A DNA stretch of 63,991 bases, filler included, from Streblomastix strix (lineage: Eukaryota), in the NCBI GenBank assembly GCA_008636045.1. It is 3 parts of 3 records of this genome, joined end to end, with 100 filler letters (N's around TTAATTAATTAA, not from the genome) between each part and the next. Parts side by side here need not be neighbours in the genome. Positions count along the whole stretch, not along the records: positions 1 to 21,942 come from SNRW01000343.1; positions 22,043 to 43,955 come from SNRW01000344.1; 1 more part is not named here. One strand, given 5' to 3'. The position numbers and the translations under genes were made by a program. The notes below the pieces were generated by a model, which worked only from the letters and a program-made list of their open reading frames with translations, made no database searches and had not been told where the DNA came from. Below are positions 14,365-25,815 of the stretch, piece by piece; within the stretch, counting starts at the first letter, position 1, and the number at the start of each line of letters is the position of its first letter.

Positions 14365-15555
14365 TATACTGATGGATCTGGTATTATTTCTTCAAATATT
14401 GATGATCTTCTTCTTGAACGAACAGATTAAACAGACACTTTATCTTATTCCTTTTCGAATGGCGAATCTACTTCAACTATTGCTGGAATTATCGGAACAG
14501 ATTAGCGTGGTGACATTGGTTCGTTTTAATATTTTTTTTCAGATGGTGATACTGATCTTTTCAACAACATTTATTCTTACCAAAAATAACATGAGAATAC
14601 TCACGAATAAAATGATAAATTTATTGTAGTCTTTTCCTCTTCTTTGGTTAAGGTATTATATACAGATGCAGCAATAAGAAACAAGCCAATGTTTGCAATT
14701 GCGATGAATATTAATGAAGTTCCAATAACTATATTGAATAGCATTTCATTTATTATTAAAAAGATGCCAAGGTAAACTTTAAAAATTATCGAATTTACAA
14801 TATCGTTCAATGATGATGGATATGAATAAATAAGTAAGGTAATGGTTCCGATTGATGCAGATAGATTAATGTATAAGAATATTATGGATTCTAACTGTAT
14901 TGAATAGGATATATTTCCAAAAAATAACATTAATGATGCAATTGGATACCTTAAAAATAATGAAATGCCATTGATCGATGAACTGTATTATGCACTATTC
15001 AAGAAAGATATGTTTAGACAAAGCGGTGTATATGTTAGTGATAAGAATAATTCAAAAATAATCTCTGCTGCTAATGTTGGAATATAACATGAAAATATCG
15101 ATCCAAATGAACTGTAATAGTTAGTGAATTTTGCTTATGAATATGACAAACCTAATAAGGTAATGGCTCTGTTTGCGTGTTATCTATTATACAAACGCAT
15201 TCATCCGCATGAAGATGGAAATGGCAGAATGGGACGATTATTATTCTTGGAAAATATATATAATTTGACCGAATCATACATACCTCTATCAACTGCATTA
15301 AGATATAATAAGTTAATAAAACAATTAATGAATGAAATATTCAAGAGTATCAGTTTTGGAGAAACAATGAAGAAACGATAGATCAAGAGTGGTGATGCAG
15401 CAATCTACAGAGTAGAGATATAAGAAATAGATTTGAATAGATTTTATGAGATTATTAATGATAATTAACGAACAAAACAGTAATATTACACATTAGATTT
15501 AGATGATAATACAAGTAAATTAATTATTAAATTATTGAATATGATACGTTTATGA
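14365..15555 (+). CDS. Fic-domain protein (probably truncated at both ends)
   Basis: Continuous ~396-codon frame under TAR=Gln containing IHPHEDGNGRMGR (Fic consensus HPFxDGNGRxxR). No clear start ATG at the 5' junction. TGA at 15553-15555. Confidence 0.85.
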
Positions 15556-15561
15556 TCATGC

Positions 15562-15775
15562 GAAGCCGAACGCATTACCGCAGAGTAACGATCCCGTGCC
15601 TAATAAAAATATAGAATTCAGCGATAGGAATTTCGAGCATCTGTTAACGATTTGTAACTACTGTTGATTCGACATCTTCACAAAACTATCATAACTAACA
15701 TATAGGATTTACTTTAAATTAGCGATATAATTGATCTATACAGCCAGTAAATATGATTTATTTTTGCGTAAATGA
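15562..15775 (+). repeat. Direct repeat of 13274-13487 (3' half of the AT-hook-like gene and its downstream sequence)
   Basis: GAAGCCGAACGCATT.CCGCAGAGTAACGATCCCGTGC...ATATGATTTATTTTTGCGTAAATG is present at both positions. Confidence 0.95.
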
Positions 15776-15793
15776 GTGCATGTGCTAGCGAAA

Positions 15794-15915
15794 TGGATAA
15801 ATGAAGTGAATTGTTCATGTGTGCAAGTGTGTAGGATAGAAACCATAAAATTGACAAAAATAATAGTTCGTCGGTCGGTTGCTCGGATTATTTTGATAGC
15901 GAGCGGAAAGAATAA
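15794..15915 (+). repeat. Internal copy of the inner terminal-repeat module (inverted relative to 19363-19483 and 16588-16651)
   Basis: GGATAAATGAAGTGAATTG...GTGCAAGTGTGTAGGATAGAAACCATAAAA...GTCGGTTGCTCGGATTATTTT closely matches the reverse complement of 19363-19483. Confidence 0.9.
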
Positions 15916-15953
15916 TTCTTTATGATTAGCATCATAATCAATATTTTTATTTA

Positions 15954-16460
15954 ATGAAAATGATCAAGTTTGAATTCGATATAACAACTGACTTAGTCCA
16001 AAAATAGAAAAGATCAATGTTCAAAGATTAACACTTTATGGATATTGAAGTCGCTAATGAGCTTGCACTATCATATCGAGATAAGGATGTAAAATAATTA
16101 AAACGGTTATTGAGAAAACATATATTATCTATATTGACAGATACATAAATTATCAAATTATTCGAGAAAATTTTTATTTATATTACTCGTTTGCTAAAAT
16201 AGCTTAATCCTATCGGAAAATATTTTACGCCTACAATAGATCTAGATCGTAATTGGGGAACTGATGTCATTCGATTTATTAGAGAGATCAACGATTCAAT
16301 TTAAGAAATTACACTAGTTTTTTTCACTGGTCGACAGAAATATGTGTATGATAAGATTCAAGCATTACTTAAAGGAATTGATACTATTGGATTCATGGTT
16401 GCAAATAATACTGTTATTGATGTTGAAAGTTAGAATTAAACTATGTTGCGTACACCTTGA
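15954..16460 (+). CDS. Element gene of unknown function (168 aa; may once have extended past the TGA)
   Basis: ATG 15954 (MKMIKFEFDITTDLVQKQKRSMF) is open to TGA 16458-16460 under TAR=Gln. Confidence 0.5.
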
Positions 16461-16720
16461 TCTGATATTATTTTTGGAGTGGACATTTGTGTATTATATT
16501 CTATCTCTATTTATCCTGCACAAAATGATCAAAAGTAGAGAAAAATTAAGGAAGTTTTATTAATGCTGCTACTCAAATGTATTCTTTAGCGACCGACCGA
16601 CCAACAATCATTTTAGCAATTTTAGGGGTTCCTATCCTGCACACTTGCACAGTTTTTCAAGCTATAGATATTCACTCTAATTATGAAAGATTGATTGATT
16701 CATCAAAAATAAATTATTTA

Positions 16721-19313
16721 TCATATATATTCAGATCCATCATCTTGATTTGGGTTTGTTTCAGCTTCATCTCCTTCATTAGTCGGTATATTAAATTATT
16801 TGTACTTAATTATGTTCAATAGATCCCTGCATTGATCTTCTTGTTTTATAGAATATGTACTAACTTATTCAGGTATTGAATTCAAATCCATTTTGATATA
16901 TTTATCGTAAATCACTTTATTTTTATTGTAATAATACTTAATTAATTTTTGCTTCCTAGTTCTAATAAAATCACATGACGATTTGAGTTTAATTGCTAAT
17001 CCTCTTATCTAATATTTTTCAATTTTAATACCTTCTATCGGTACTCCGATCTCAAATATTGGATAATTGTCAACGACATATCTATCGACTTGATTCAACC
17101 CTGTATATTATCTTTCAAGTTATTCATTACATTCCACTTCAGTCTTCCTACTAGCTTATACAATAAAGTCTTCAGCATCAAACCCTTATATGTCCAAAAT
17201 ACGGAAATAATGGAGCAAGATACCCATGAATTCTTCATTGTATTCTCTTTATTTTTGTGGTTGTATATCTTAGCATAAATTTTAGAAATATTCACGTTCA
17301 CCTGCGAATTCATTGTTGCATGTAAAATATTTAAATCTTCTATTACTCTTCTCAGCAAGAATTGCATTCATATCATTGCAAGTGAATGTAAAATTACTCC
17401 ATATTTCATTTTCTTATGAATCTGTTCCTTTACGTTCAATAATTCCACTAGCCTGTGTGATTGCACTCTTCATTTTATGTTACAAATTGAATGAATCAGT
17501 TGCATCGCTAATTTCATTAAAATTAATCAGAATTGCAGTTGAAGCTAATGCGTTAAACTTTCCGAATATTTTAGTCAATTCATCTACATTCATTAATGCA
17601 AATATACCTAATAATTCATAGATTGCTTCAATCGCAAATGACTTTCCACATCCTTGTTAGCCAATGAAGTTCATCATTGTTCCAATTTTCAATTTCACTT
17701 ACTAAAATATTGAAGCAAACCATTTAATTATATACTCATAATTCATTTCTGTATCAACCTTCCCTGCTAGTACGTTTTTAATGTGATCCAAGAAAGGTTA
17801 AATTCGTGTGAAATCATCAGTCTATATCTCTTTGTATGCAAAACCAGTGAACATATTAATACATCCTTCATTAATTTTTTATTAGAAGATAACCTCATTA
17901 TATCGGAATGCTTTACTATATTTATTTATAATTTATCCGAGATTAATACTATTCACATTAATGAAAGGTTTATCGAACTTAAAGAAATTCATCATTTATT
18001 CTTCTGATTTCATTACTGTTTTGAACTATCGTTTATCTCTAATTTTTATGTAACATGTTCCATCTTTCACTCCTATAACTCCTCTAAGATCATTGATCAA
18101 CTAATTGAAATCACTTATTTTATATTATCTTGCTTTAACATCATTAATATCGTATTCAGAATTGTTTATATTAATTTCTTTATCAATATATAGACGTTTA
18201 TACTAATTTTTTATACTTCTACTAATCAATCGGACTCAAATACTTGGTAATTGAACAAAACCATTTATTTATGAACTCTTACTTGAAATATTTCATAATT
18301 TTATTAATTGTTTCATCAACATTTTGGTGATGTGTTCGCTAGTTATACCAATCAGTGTGGAATTCTTTAATGAATTTTTCAGTGTGAGGAGAGTATCGTA
18401 TTGAACCAGTTGTCTTCTCTAAATTCTTAAAGGTTATATCAAATTTCTTAAGCAACTCCATCATCTACTCTTTGTCGAATACTATCAGATTATCATCAAA
18501 ATCAATGTCATCTATTTTAATATTTTTCACTTTTGTTTTCGTTATTATTTTTCCATCGGACTAAATTTCAGCTGTATCGTTATCTACATCCATTAATCTC
18601 TTTGCGTTAGTTTTCTCTTTCTGCTTCTCTTTCAAGCTAGGAATTTTATGAATTACATTACTCCAATTACTAATTACATCATCAGTTGAAGAATCATCTT
18701 AAATACATTAGACAATCTGATTAATTGGTTCATCATCTTCTTTACATAATTTTCCTGCAATCAATACTGTTGGTTTGCCACTATATTGTTTGTTCGAAAG
18801 AACAAGACGAAACATTTATCGAGATTTCTCACTCACTTTCCTTAGTTTATATACTGAATCATCAACGATTTCATTAATGTCATAATAGGATCTTTTAGCA
18901 TTTTAATTACCTACTTTTTTAACTATTTCCATCATATCTTGTTAAAGGATTCGTTTTTCATAGAATATAACATGAATTGATATATTTTTAGCTGTATCAG
19001 GAATGTGTTTCAAACTGTGTGTTGAACTAATTTCTGAATCATTGGAATAGCCACCTATTGAATATTAGCCAAATTCACTAACTAATGAATCTAACCATGT
19101 AATTAATGAAAGATATTATTCGTTTGATTCAATGTGATCGAAATCAAAATATGGATGACAATACTTTTCAGGAAGAATGTTTTCATTGAACGCGTCACCT
19201 GCTTCAAACTTGAAATCATTAATTTTTGTAGAATAATACGAGATGATTTGTTTAAAGTTTGACGGAGCATCAATTAAGGGGTATCATCTTATGACGATTT
19301 CATTTGCTTGCAT
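16721..19313 (-). pseudogene. PrimPol-type AEP primase fused to a D5-like superfamily-3 helicase
   Basis: N-terminal HPYFDFD, KNISIHV and DDSVY...RQMFRLVLSNK (PrimPol/NCLDV-type AEP motifs). C-terminal Walker A NFIGQQGCGKS (~17640-17670), then GKFNA and ILINFNE. Internal TGAs present. Ends GSEYI-TGA at 16721. Confidence 0.85.
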
Positions 19314-19362
19314 TTGTTTTAGGATTAAAAAAGTAAATTAGTTTGGGAAACTAACGAGAAAT

Positions 19363-19965
19363 AATTTTTTCCGCTTGTCCTTAAAATAATCCGAGCAACC
19401 GACGGACCAACTATTATTTTTGTCATTTTTATGGTTTCTATCCTGCACACCTGCACACCTGATCAATTCACATCATTTATCCACAATTCTAATTTATGGC
19501 ATGAATGGCATTATGGCGGCACTTTTTCACAGGAGTCCACGGATTTGTTCCGTTCCGTTCCTTGTTCCACTTAGACAAATCACTTCATTCGCCGACTCCG
19601 CTAGCACACACACACTAATGGTGGAACAATTCCGTGTTCCATTTTCAAAAGGGCTGTCATATTTTATTTGCATGGACATTTCATTTCATTTATCCGCTCC
19701 ATTAGTCTTTTTAATTATCCCGCTTAATTCGACATAATCATCAGTCCATCTATTCATTTTTAACATTATATTTGTGATCAGCGTATGAACATTGACTAAG
19801 ACATTGATTCTCAGGTCATTCAAAAAACTTAAATTTTTCTATAATTTTTCTGTCTATATAATAATAAAAATAAAATATATTTATAATAGGTCAAAATTCT
19901 GATTAAAAGCTTAATTTTTCATATTACTTTGATACCCTATCCTAAGGTCATATCTTAGTCGTAGA
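19363..19965 (-). repeat. Right arm of long diverged inverted repeat
   Basis: Reverse complement aligns to 10290-10800 (outer part) and to 15794-15915 (inner part). Confidence 0.9.
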
Positions 19966-20144
19966 TTCTAAAAACAACCATTTTAATCAATTTTGAAACT
20001 GTTCATCACCACTAATTTCATCAAATAATGTATTTTATTCATCGACCAGTAAGTCGATGCCATTATTTCAATTTCATCAATGAAAACTTAATCGGACAGA
20101 TTACCAATCATGGTAAAATTAGATAAATTAACTAGCTCTGTGCG

Positions 20145-20511
20145 AGTAGTTAATGAAAAAGACCAATGCCCGAAACATTGCCTAAATCCTATTCATTTGT
20201 GGGATTCAGAAATGTGATCAATTATTTTTTTTATTAACGCATATCATAAATCATATCAATTATTTTTTATCATTAATTTTTATCATAAATCATATCAATT
20301 ATTTTTCATTACTAATGATATTCATAAATGTTATAATTTATTATTTTATACGTATTTCTTTATTAATATCAATTTATTCCTTGATTTTCGGTTCTGGATA
20401 ATCTATTCGTTTTTCATATGTCAGCAATTCGTAATAATACTGGGTATTTCTGATGTGAGCAAATCATTGCGTTTATCAATGTGTAGGCATTGGTCTTTTT
20501 CATTAACTACT
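20145..20511. repeat. Terminal fold-back unit 2 (367 bp)
   Basis: Perfect 26-bp inverted repeat AGTAGTTAATGAAAAAGACCAATGCC (20145-20170) / GGCATTGGTCTTTTTCATTAACTACT (20486-20511). Bulged pairing continues to ~80 bp. The loop has CATAAATCAT repeats. Confidence 0.95.
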
Positions 20512-21107
20512 GGTAGTACATCAGTTTTAATGATTATTTTTAGTTCAGGTAATGGTTATACTTTGTCTTAGGATTTATTGTTCTTAACTAACTTACTATC
20601 AAATAGTATACGAGACATTTCAATTAAACAAAAATAAAATAGCTATATACATCAATGTGCTCTTTCTGTATTAATAGAAGCTTATATGATGTCAATTATG
20701 AAATCTAATTAGTCTTCTGGAAAAATATAATGTGTTGACCATATTTTCACATCTTGTCTTGATGATAGAGTTTCTTTAATTTTCTCATTAATCGTCATTG
20801 CTATTGGTAAATTATCTACAAATAATAATGATTCTCTATGATATCGTTCTATTTTTGCGGTATGTAAGTCTTTTCTATTAATTCCTCAGATTCGTATTGT
20901 AATTTGATCTTCCAGCTATTCTTCAAGCTATTCATCTTCATGAACCTCTTCAAGTATCAATATGTATGTTCTTTCTTTACCATTTGGAACAGCTCTTGGT
21001 GCTAATTAACGTTCTTCATTGTTTAACTCAGTTATTCTATCCGATAATGTATCAGTAACTGTATTTATTAAACTGCGCGTCAAATTGTTTGCGCAGTATT
21101 TAAGGTC
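20512..21107 (-). pseudogene. Remnant of another virus-like element: C-terminal half of a KilA-N-family gene plus the start of a downstream ORF
   Basis: PRAVPNGKERTYILILE...FVDNLPIAMTINE resembles PRIVPQDKENDYILAL...IYDNLPVAV of the KilA-N protein at 36090. Stop at 20652-20654. The next ORF (MSRILFDSK..., ~20618) is cut by the ACTACT end at 20511. Confidence 0.6.
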
Positions 21108-21388
21108 AGAATAAATTTAAATTATCAAGTTATAGGATGTGATAATTTTTTAAAAAAAAATATGATTTTAATTAAATGTTATTTATATTGTAGATTAATA
21201 ATAAAAAAAGTTCGAATATTATCTTTAAGTACGTGATTTTAAGGCAGGATCAAAATGTATTAAAATTTCCCATAAATCTTTGCGTTATATTATTTGCATA
21301 AAGCCTGAAAGAATCCATATGAGTATACGTTTCGAAATGTTTGCTATTTAATATTTTAAAATAATTATTATATTGTCAATTTATGAAG

Positions 21389-21942
21389 ATGGTTCGAGAT
21401 AAAGCAGTCTCGTAGGCTGACAGAGAGAAAATTAGAGTTTTTCGCGATGATGACCATTTATCGCTCGAATAGATCAATTCTAAGACTAGAATTCCACTTA
21501 GAACGATTTAGAACTTAATATCAAGTGGTAATTACTCCCAATCAAGTCAAAAGAGAGGACCAAAGCTAAAAATCAGTAGGAAAGGAGAGACAAGAATTAA
21601 GCGATATTTCAGAAACCACAGAAAATCTGGACATCGTAAAGTACCTGATTTATTAGAGTTGGATGTCTCACATTCTACAATGCTCAGAACAATGAAACGA
21701 ATAAAATTCTCGATCGAATAATTGACAGAAGAAAACTCATAAAAAGTACCTATCGTATTTACAGATGAGAAAAAATTTAGATACGATGGGCCAGATGGCT
21801 ACAACTTCTATTGGCAACTTGCAGAAGATAAAAAAAATAATGAGATGTTCTCGAAAGATTACAATATGTATAATGGTGTTATGGTGCATCTTGCGATCAG
21901 TGATGCTGGAATTCTTAGTTGTGATCGAATCACTGGTAAGTT
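21389..21942 (+). mobile_element. Tc1/Tc3-like transposase fragment (frameshifted, cut by the contig end)
   Basis: IVFTDEKKFRYDGPDGYNFYW matches the Tc3-type FSDEKKFNLDGPDG motif. Upstream HTH-like MVRDKAVSQADREKI and KRGPKLKI. Downstream GVMVHLAIS. Confidence 0.85.
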
Positions 21943-22042
21943 NNNNNNNNNNNNNNNNNNNNNNNNNNNNNNNNNNNNNNNNNNNNTTAATTAATTAANN
22001 NNNNNNNNNNNNNNNNNNNNNNNNNNNNNNNNNNNNNNNNNN
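21943..22042. other. Artificial contig linker (N44-TTAATTAATTAA-N44)
   Basis: Exactly 100 nt with a six-frame-stop 12-mer at 21987-21998; same structure as 43956-44055. Confidence 0.97.
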
Positions 22043-25000
22043 CCTTCTTCATTTAATCATATTTAATCTTATAAATAATCAAATATATGTCCTATGCTTT
22101 TATTATTATATCTCTCTGCACTTTGAAAGACCAATTATTCTTTAGAGCCAACTCGTTTATTTTCTGCTCGTTTATTAGAAGTTGCATCTGCTCTATTAAT
22201 TAAAATGCAATTTTCTTCTTGTTTCCATGTGATCCATGTTGAAGGATTGTATTACACAGAATGAGTTGATTGATGACTTGCATTCCATTCTTTTCATCAA
22301 TAAATTTAAACTCGAAGTCGTGGGATAATATTTCATTGTGATTGCCTTATAATTAAATAATTAATGATATAAAAAATTAATTAAATTAAAAAAAATTATT
22401 TCAAATTGTGTATATCATTAATATATAAATGTCATATGAATAATAAATACCTGAAGATTCTGCAAGAAAAGTCAACTCATAAAATTTATTGTATTTCTTA
22501 AGCTTTTTGATTACACCAATGCAAATTTCAGGTGGAAGAGGAAGTGCTTTGAATAAATAAGTGAGTATTTATGTCACTTCTTTGTGGATATGTTTATAAT
22601 CTTTATCATTGAATATCTGGATTAATTTCTGTGTTGTACCATCCTATTACAATTATTATTGATATGGATGTTTTTGTCCATCTTTCAATTCTGATGATCC
22701 TGAAATTACCAAACTTTGAATTATGTCAATAACAGATATTCTCATTGGTTCATCTTCAGAGCTAAGATAATTAGTCATTGATTGTATAAGTCCTTTCCTG
22801 AATAATAAGTTTGATTATTACAATTGAAGTGAACTGCAAATATGTTGAAGAGGAGTAAGGAATTCAAATTTAACCTATTTTATTGAAACTGAATTAATTA
22901 AAGCCAAATATCTATCAATAAATGGTGTTTCTTCTATAATTACTCTGCATATCTATTAATTATCTCTGATTAATGAACTGATAATATCTCCAATAATTAT
23001 CAGTTTTCCTTCTCCTTCATCTTCTTATATTATTGCTTTTTCAATTATTTCATTCAAGATTGTCATTAAACCTGATTGAATTATCTGAATTTTGCAATTT
23101 TCATTCTTGAATAATATCAATCTTTTTAATTTCATCAATGAATCCATTGTTATTGGATCAGCAAATGTGCTTATAAGGGCTTTCGTATATATTTCAAAGT
23201 GAACATTCTTTTTCAGAGCATTAATTGTTTATGAAGTTATTTTTTGGAAAATAAGAGACTTGGTAATTCGAGACCCATAAATAAACAGCATCTGGAAGAT
23301 TTAAAGACAGAATTTGATAATGTTTCGATCAATTTTCTTTCCTCTTTCTTCATATCTTTAAAATTAAAATAATAATAATTAATAAATATTTAATAATTAT
23401 ATACATATTATTAATAAATATTTAATAATTATATACATATTATTAATAAATATTTAATAATTATATGCATATTATTAATAAATATTTAATAATTATATGC
23501 ATATTATTAACATTTAATTCAGTATTTTTTATACAAAAAATACCTTAAAAATTCAGCAGCAACATAAATTAATTCAAATTCTATAATTGATTCATTATTA
23601 TCTGAGCAAGTAAAAAAAATGAAAATAATTTAATGAATAAAATAAAATAAGAAATAAATAAAAATTCGCTAATTAATATTAATTATTTAATAAATAATCA
23701 TTATTTCAAACTTCTATTCACTGAAAGTAGCTTAAGTGCCAAAAGCGCATTAATCTTATTCATTTCAACTTCATATTCTCTACTAGCGTTGCTTTTATGT
23801 TGGCTGCCAATAATTTAACCAGAAATTACCTGAATTTAAAGATTTTTGATTATTTATTACTTAAGTCTTGATGGTAGACTTGCACCTTCTTAATAGAGAG
23901 AGTCTAATATTTCGCAGACTAAACGCTTTTCATGTGCGTGAGAATTGATGCTCAACAAAACTATTTCAATTAATTTAATTATAGTTCCATCTTATTATAA
24001 ATTTGTCAGATATGGGTGTGGAATTAGAAGAATTAATTAAAGTTGTTATGGAAGTTATTCAAAGTAAAATGGAGAAATCTGCTATTTTTCTTTATTGAGA
24101 GAATTTTATTAATTATCTGATTCAGGTTATTGGGATTATATCTGTGAAGAAGATGAAATTGGATCTAAAATTTAATGTGTTATTGGAGTTGAATAATGTT
24201 AATCAGAAGGTGAAGATTAATTTAGCAAATTTTATTATTATTATTTGTTTAATTAATTGGGTTCAGGAGGATGAGTAGGATTAAATGTAAGTAATTGATT
24301 TGTTTTTAATTTCCATCCTTTCTTGATGATGACCAATATTGTTTTTAATATTCGTGTTAGAATACGTCTCTCGATTTTGCCCATTACTGATATCAAAGAT
24401 TATATTATTCCAAATTCATATATTTCATTTATTTATTCAGCTGTCCCTTTAAAACAGATTTGGTAAAGTAGTGCAACCAATTCTTCAATTGTGTCAGATG
24501 ATGGTTTAAGTTTAACAATGTCTATAAGCTCAATAATAAGTGTAGATTTAATGCATGCATCAACAACATTCACATCCTTCATATTTAAATATGCAACATT
24601 TATAACATTAAATACTATCTTTTGGGAAAAATTAAGTAATTCTTCAGAATATTGTGTTTTATCGTCTAAATATATAATCTTATATTCCCGCAATATTTCA
24701 ACAAATTTGTTGAAAATAATCTGAAGTTATGAATCAAATTCAATCAAAGAATCAATTTCAAAAACTAAATCTTTCAGCGAATTCAATTACACTATTTATT
24801 ATTAGTTGCTTAATTTTCCAAATTTTATTATATTCTACTATTAATTATTATTATCTTATTCTGAATTATTATCTTAGCCATTAGATTCTTTTGATTATGA
24901 TGAAGATTTAGATAGATTTTCAAAATTATCTAATGGCGTTATTCGCTCTTTAATGATAATATTCTTTGATGGACTCATTATATTAATTGTTTATTAGTTT

Positions 25001-25236
25001 AATTGAGGGTTAAATTTTTTTGTTCCCATATTTTTTGTTGTTTCAAATGATGTTTATCTCAAATATATACATGGAACCAATCCCATCTATTAATTGCTCT
25101 TTTAAATTATGTACCATTCTGATTCTCTGTGAAAAACTTTCACAATTTCTCCTTTAATCACAGGAACAAATTATTTGTCATCTTTTTAACATTAATAATC
25201 GTTAACTGCTTCATATAACTCACCCTGAGTCGACAT
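22043..25236 (-). CDS. 3'-partial host gene: N-terminal SH3 domain, low-complexity linker and ARM/HEAT-like helical region
   Basis: MSTQGELYEAVNDYQCQKDDKQFVPVIKGEIVKVFHRESEWYIIQKSNQQMGLVPCIYL follows the SH3 pattern (AxxDY, GE.v.v, W, G.vP..Y). Introns near 23360-23540 and 22347-22450. Confidence 0.8.
23383..23510. repeat. 32-bp AT-rich minisatellite, 4 copies, inside an intron
   Basis: Unit TAAATATTTAATAATTATAT(A/G)CATATTATTAA repeated in tandem. Confidence 0.9.
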
Positions 25237-25815
25237 CGAATGTACAGAATTTTCTAAATAAATAAAAATGTAATTAAAACTCTAAATTATAGTATAAAAG
25301 GTTAAAATTATTTTTTAAATAGGCCAAAAATATTTAAAAATGATTAAATGTTTGAAAATTAACATGAAAAACTTGTAATTATTTTGAATAAATGTTAAAT
25401 TGCAGGAAAAAAAATATAAATTACAGTCTATTTCATAATTTTAGTTAAATTTAGTTAAAGTTGATAAATATATATAAATAAACTAATTAAGCATATTTTT
25501 TTAATTTATTGATGTATTTATTGGAGCTACAGAAGCAGTTTTCACTTATAAATTTTATTTTGTTAAATTAATGGATTATATGGATTGGTAATTTATTATT
25601 TTTGAATTAAAAGGGATGCGATTAAAATTTAAAATAGTAATTACTAGATAAATTGAATTTTATTGCACTTATTTTGAGTATTTATTGGCGAAATAAAATC
25701 TTTTAATTCTAATGTGTAGGATTTTATTAAATGGTAGTTTAACCAAATTATAATGATTGATTTAAATAATAAGCATAAAATTGTTAGAATTTAATAGTTT
25801 TGCAGTTAACATGAG

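Larger units (their letters stand above)
9662..20511. mobile_element. Rearranged Polinton-related endogenous virus-like element (primase/helicase type) with AGTAGT termini
   Basis: Starts AGTAGT (9662) and ends ACTACT (20511). Diverged inverted repeats at ~10290-10800 and ~19465-19965. Encodes integrase, two AEP primases, SF3 helicase, Fic and a fibre fragment, with no clear introns. No target-site duplication (agcatt vs ggtagt), so it may be a chimera of two copies. Confidence 0.75.

Noticed and set aside
9656..20517. Target-site duplication for the 10.85-kb element or for the individual fold-back units
   Set aside because: Flanks do not match: agcatt/ggtagt for the element; agcatt/cttggg, tgtgcg/ggtagt and catgag/cgcagc for the units.
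21987..21998. Palindromic TTAATTAATTAA inside N runs (also 44000-44011)
   Set aside because: Artificial six-frame-stop spacer. Adjacency across these gaps, including between the two viral elements, has no demonstrated biological meaning.
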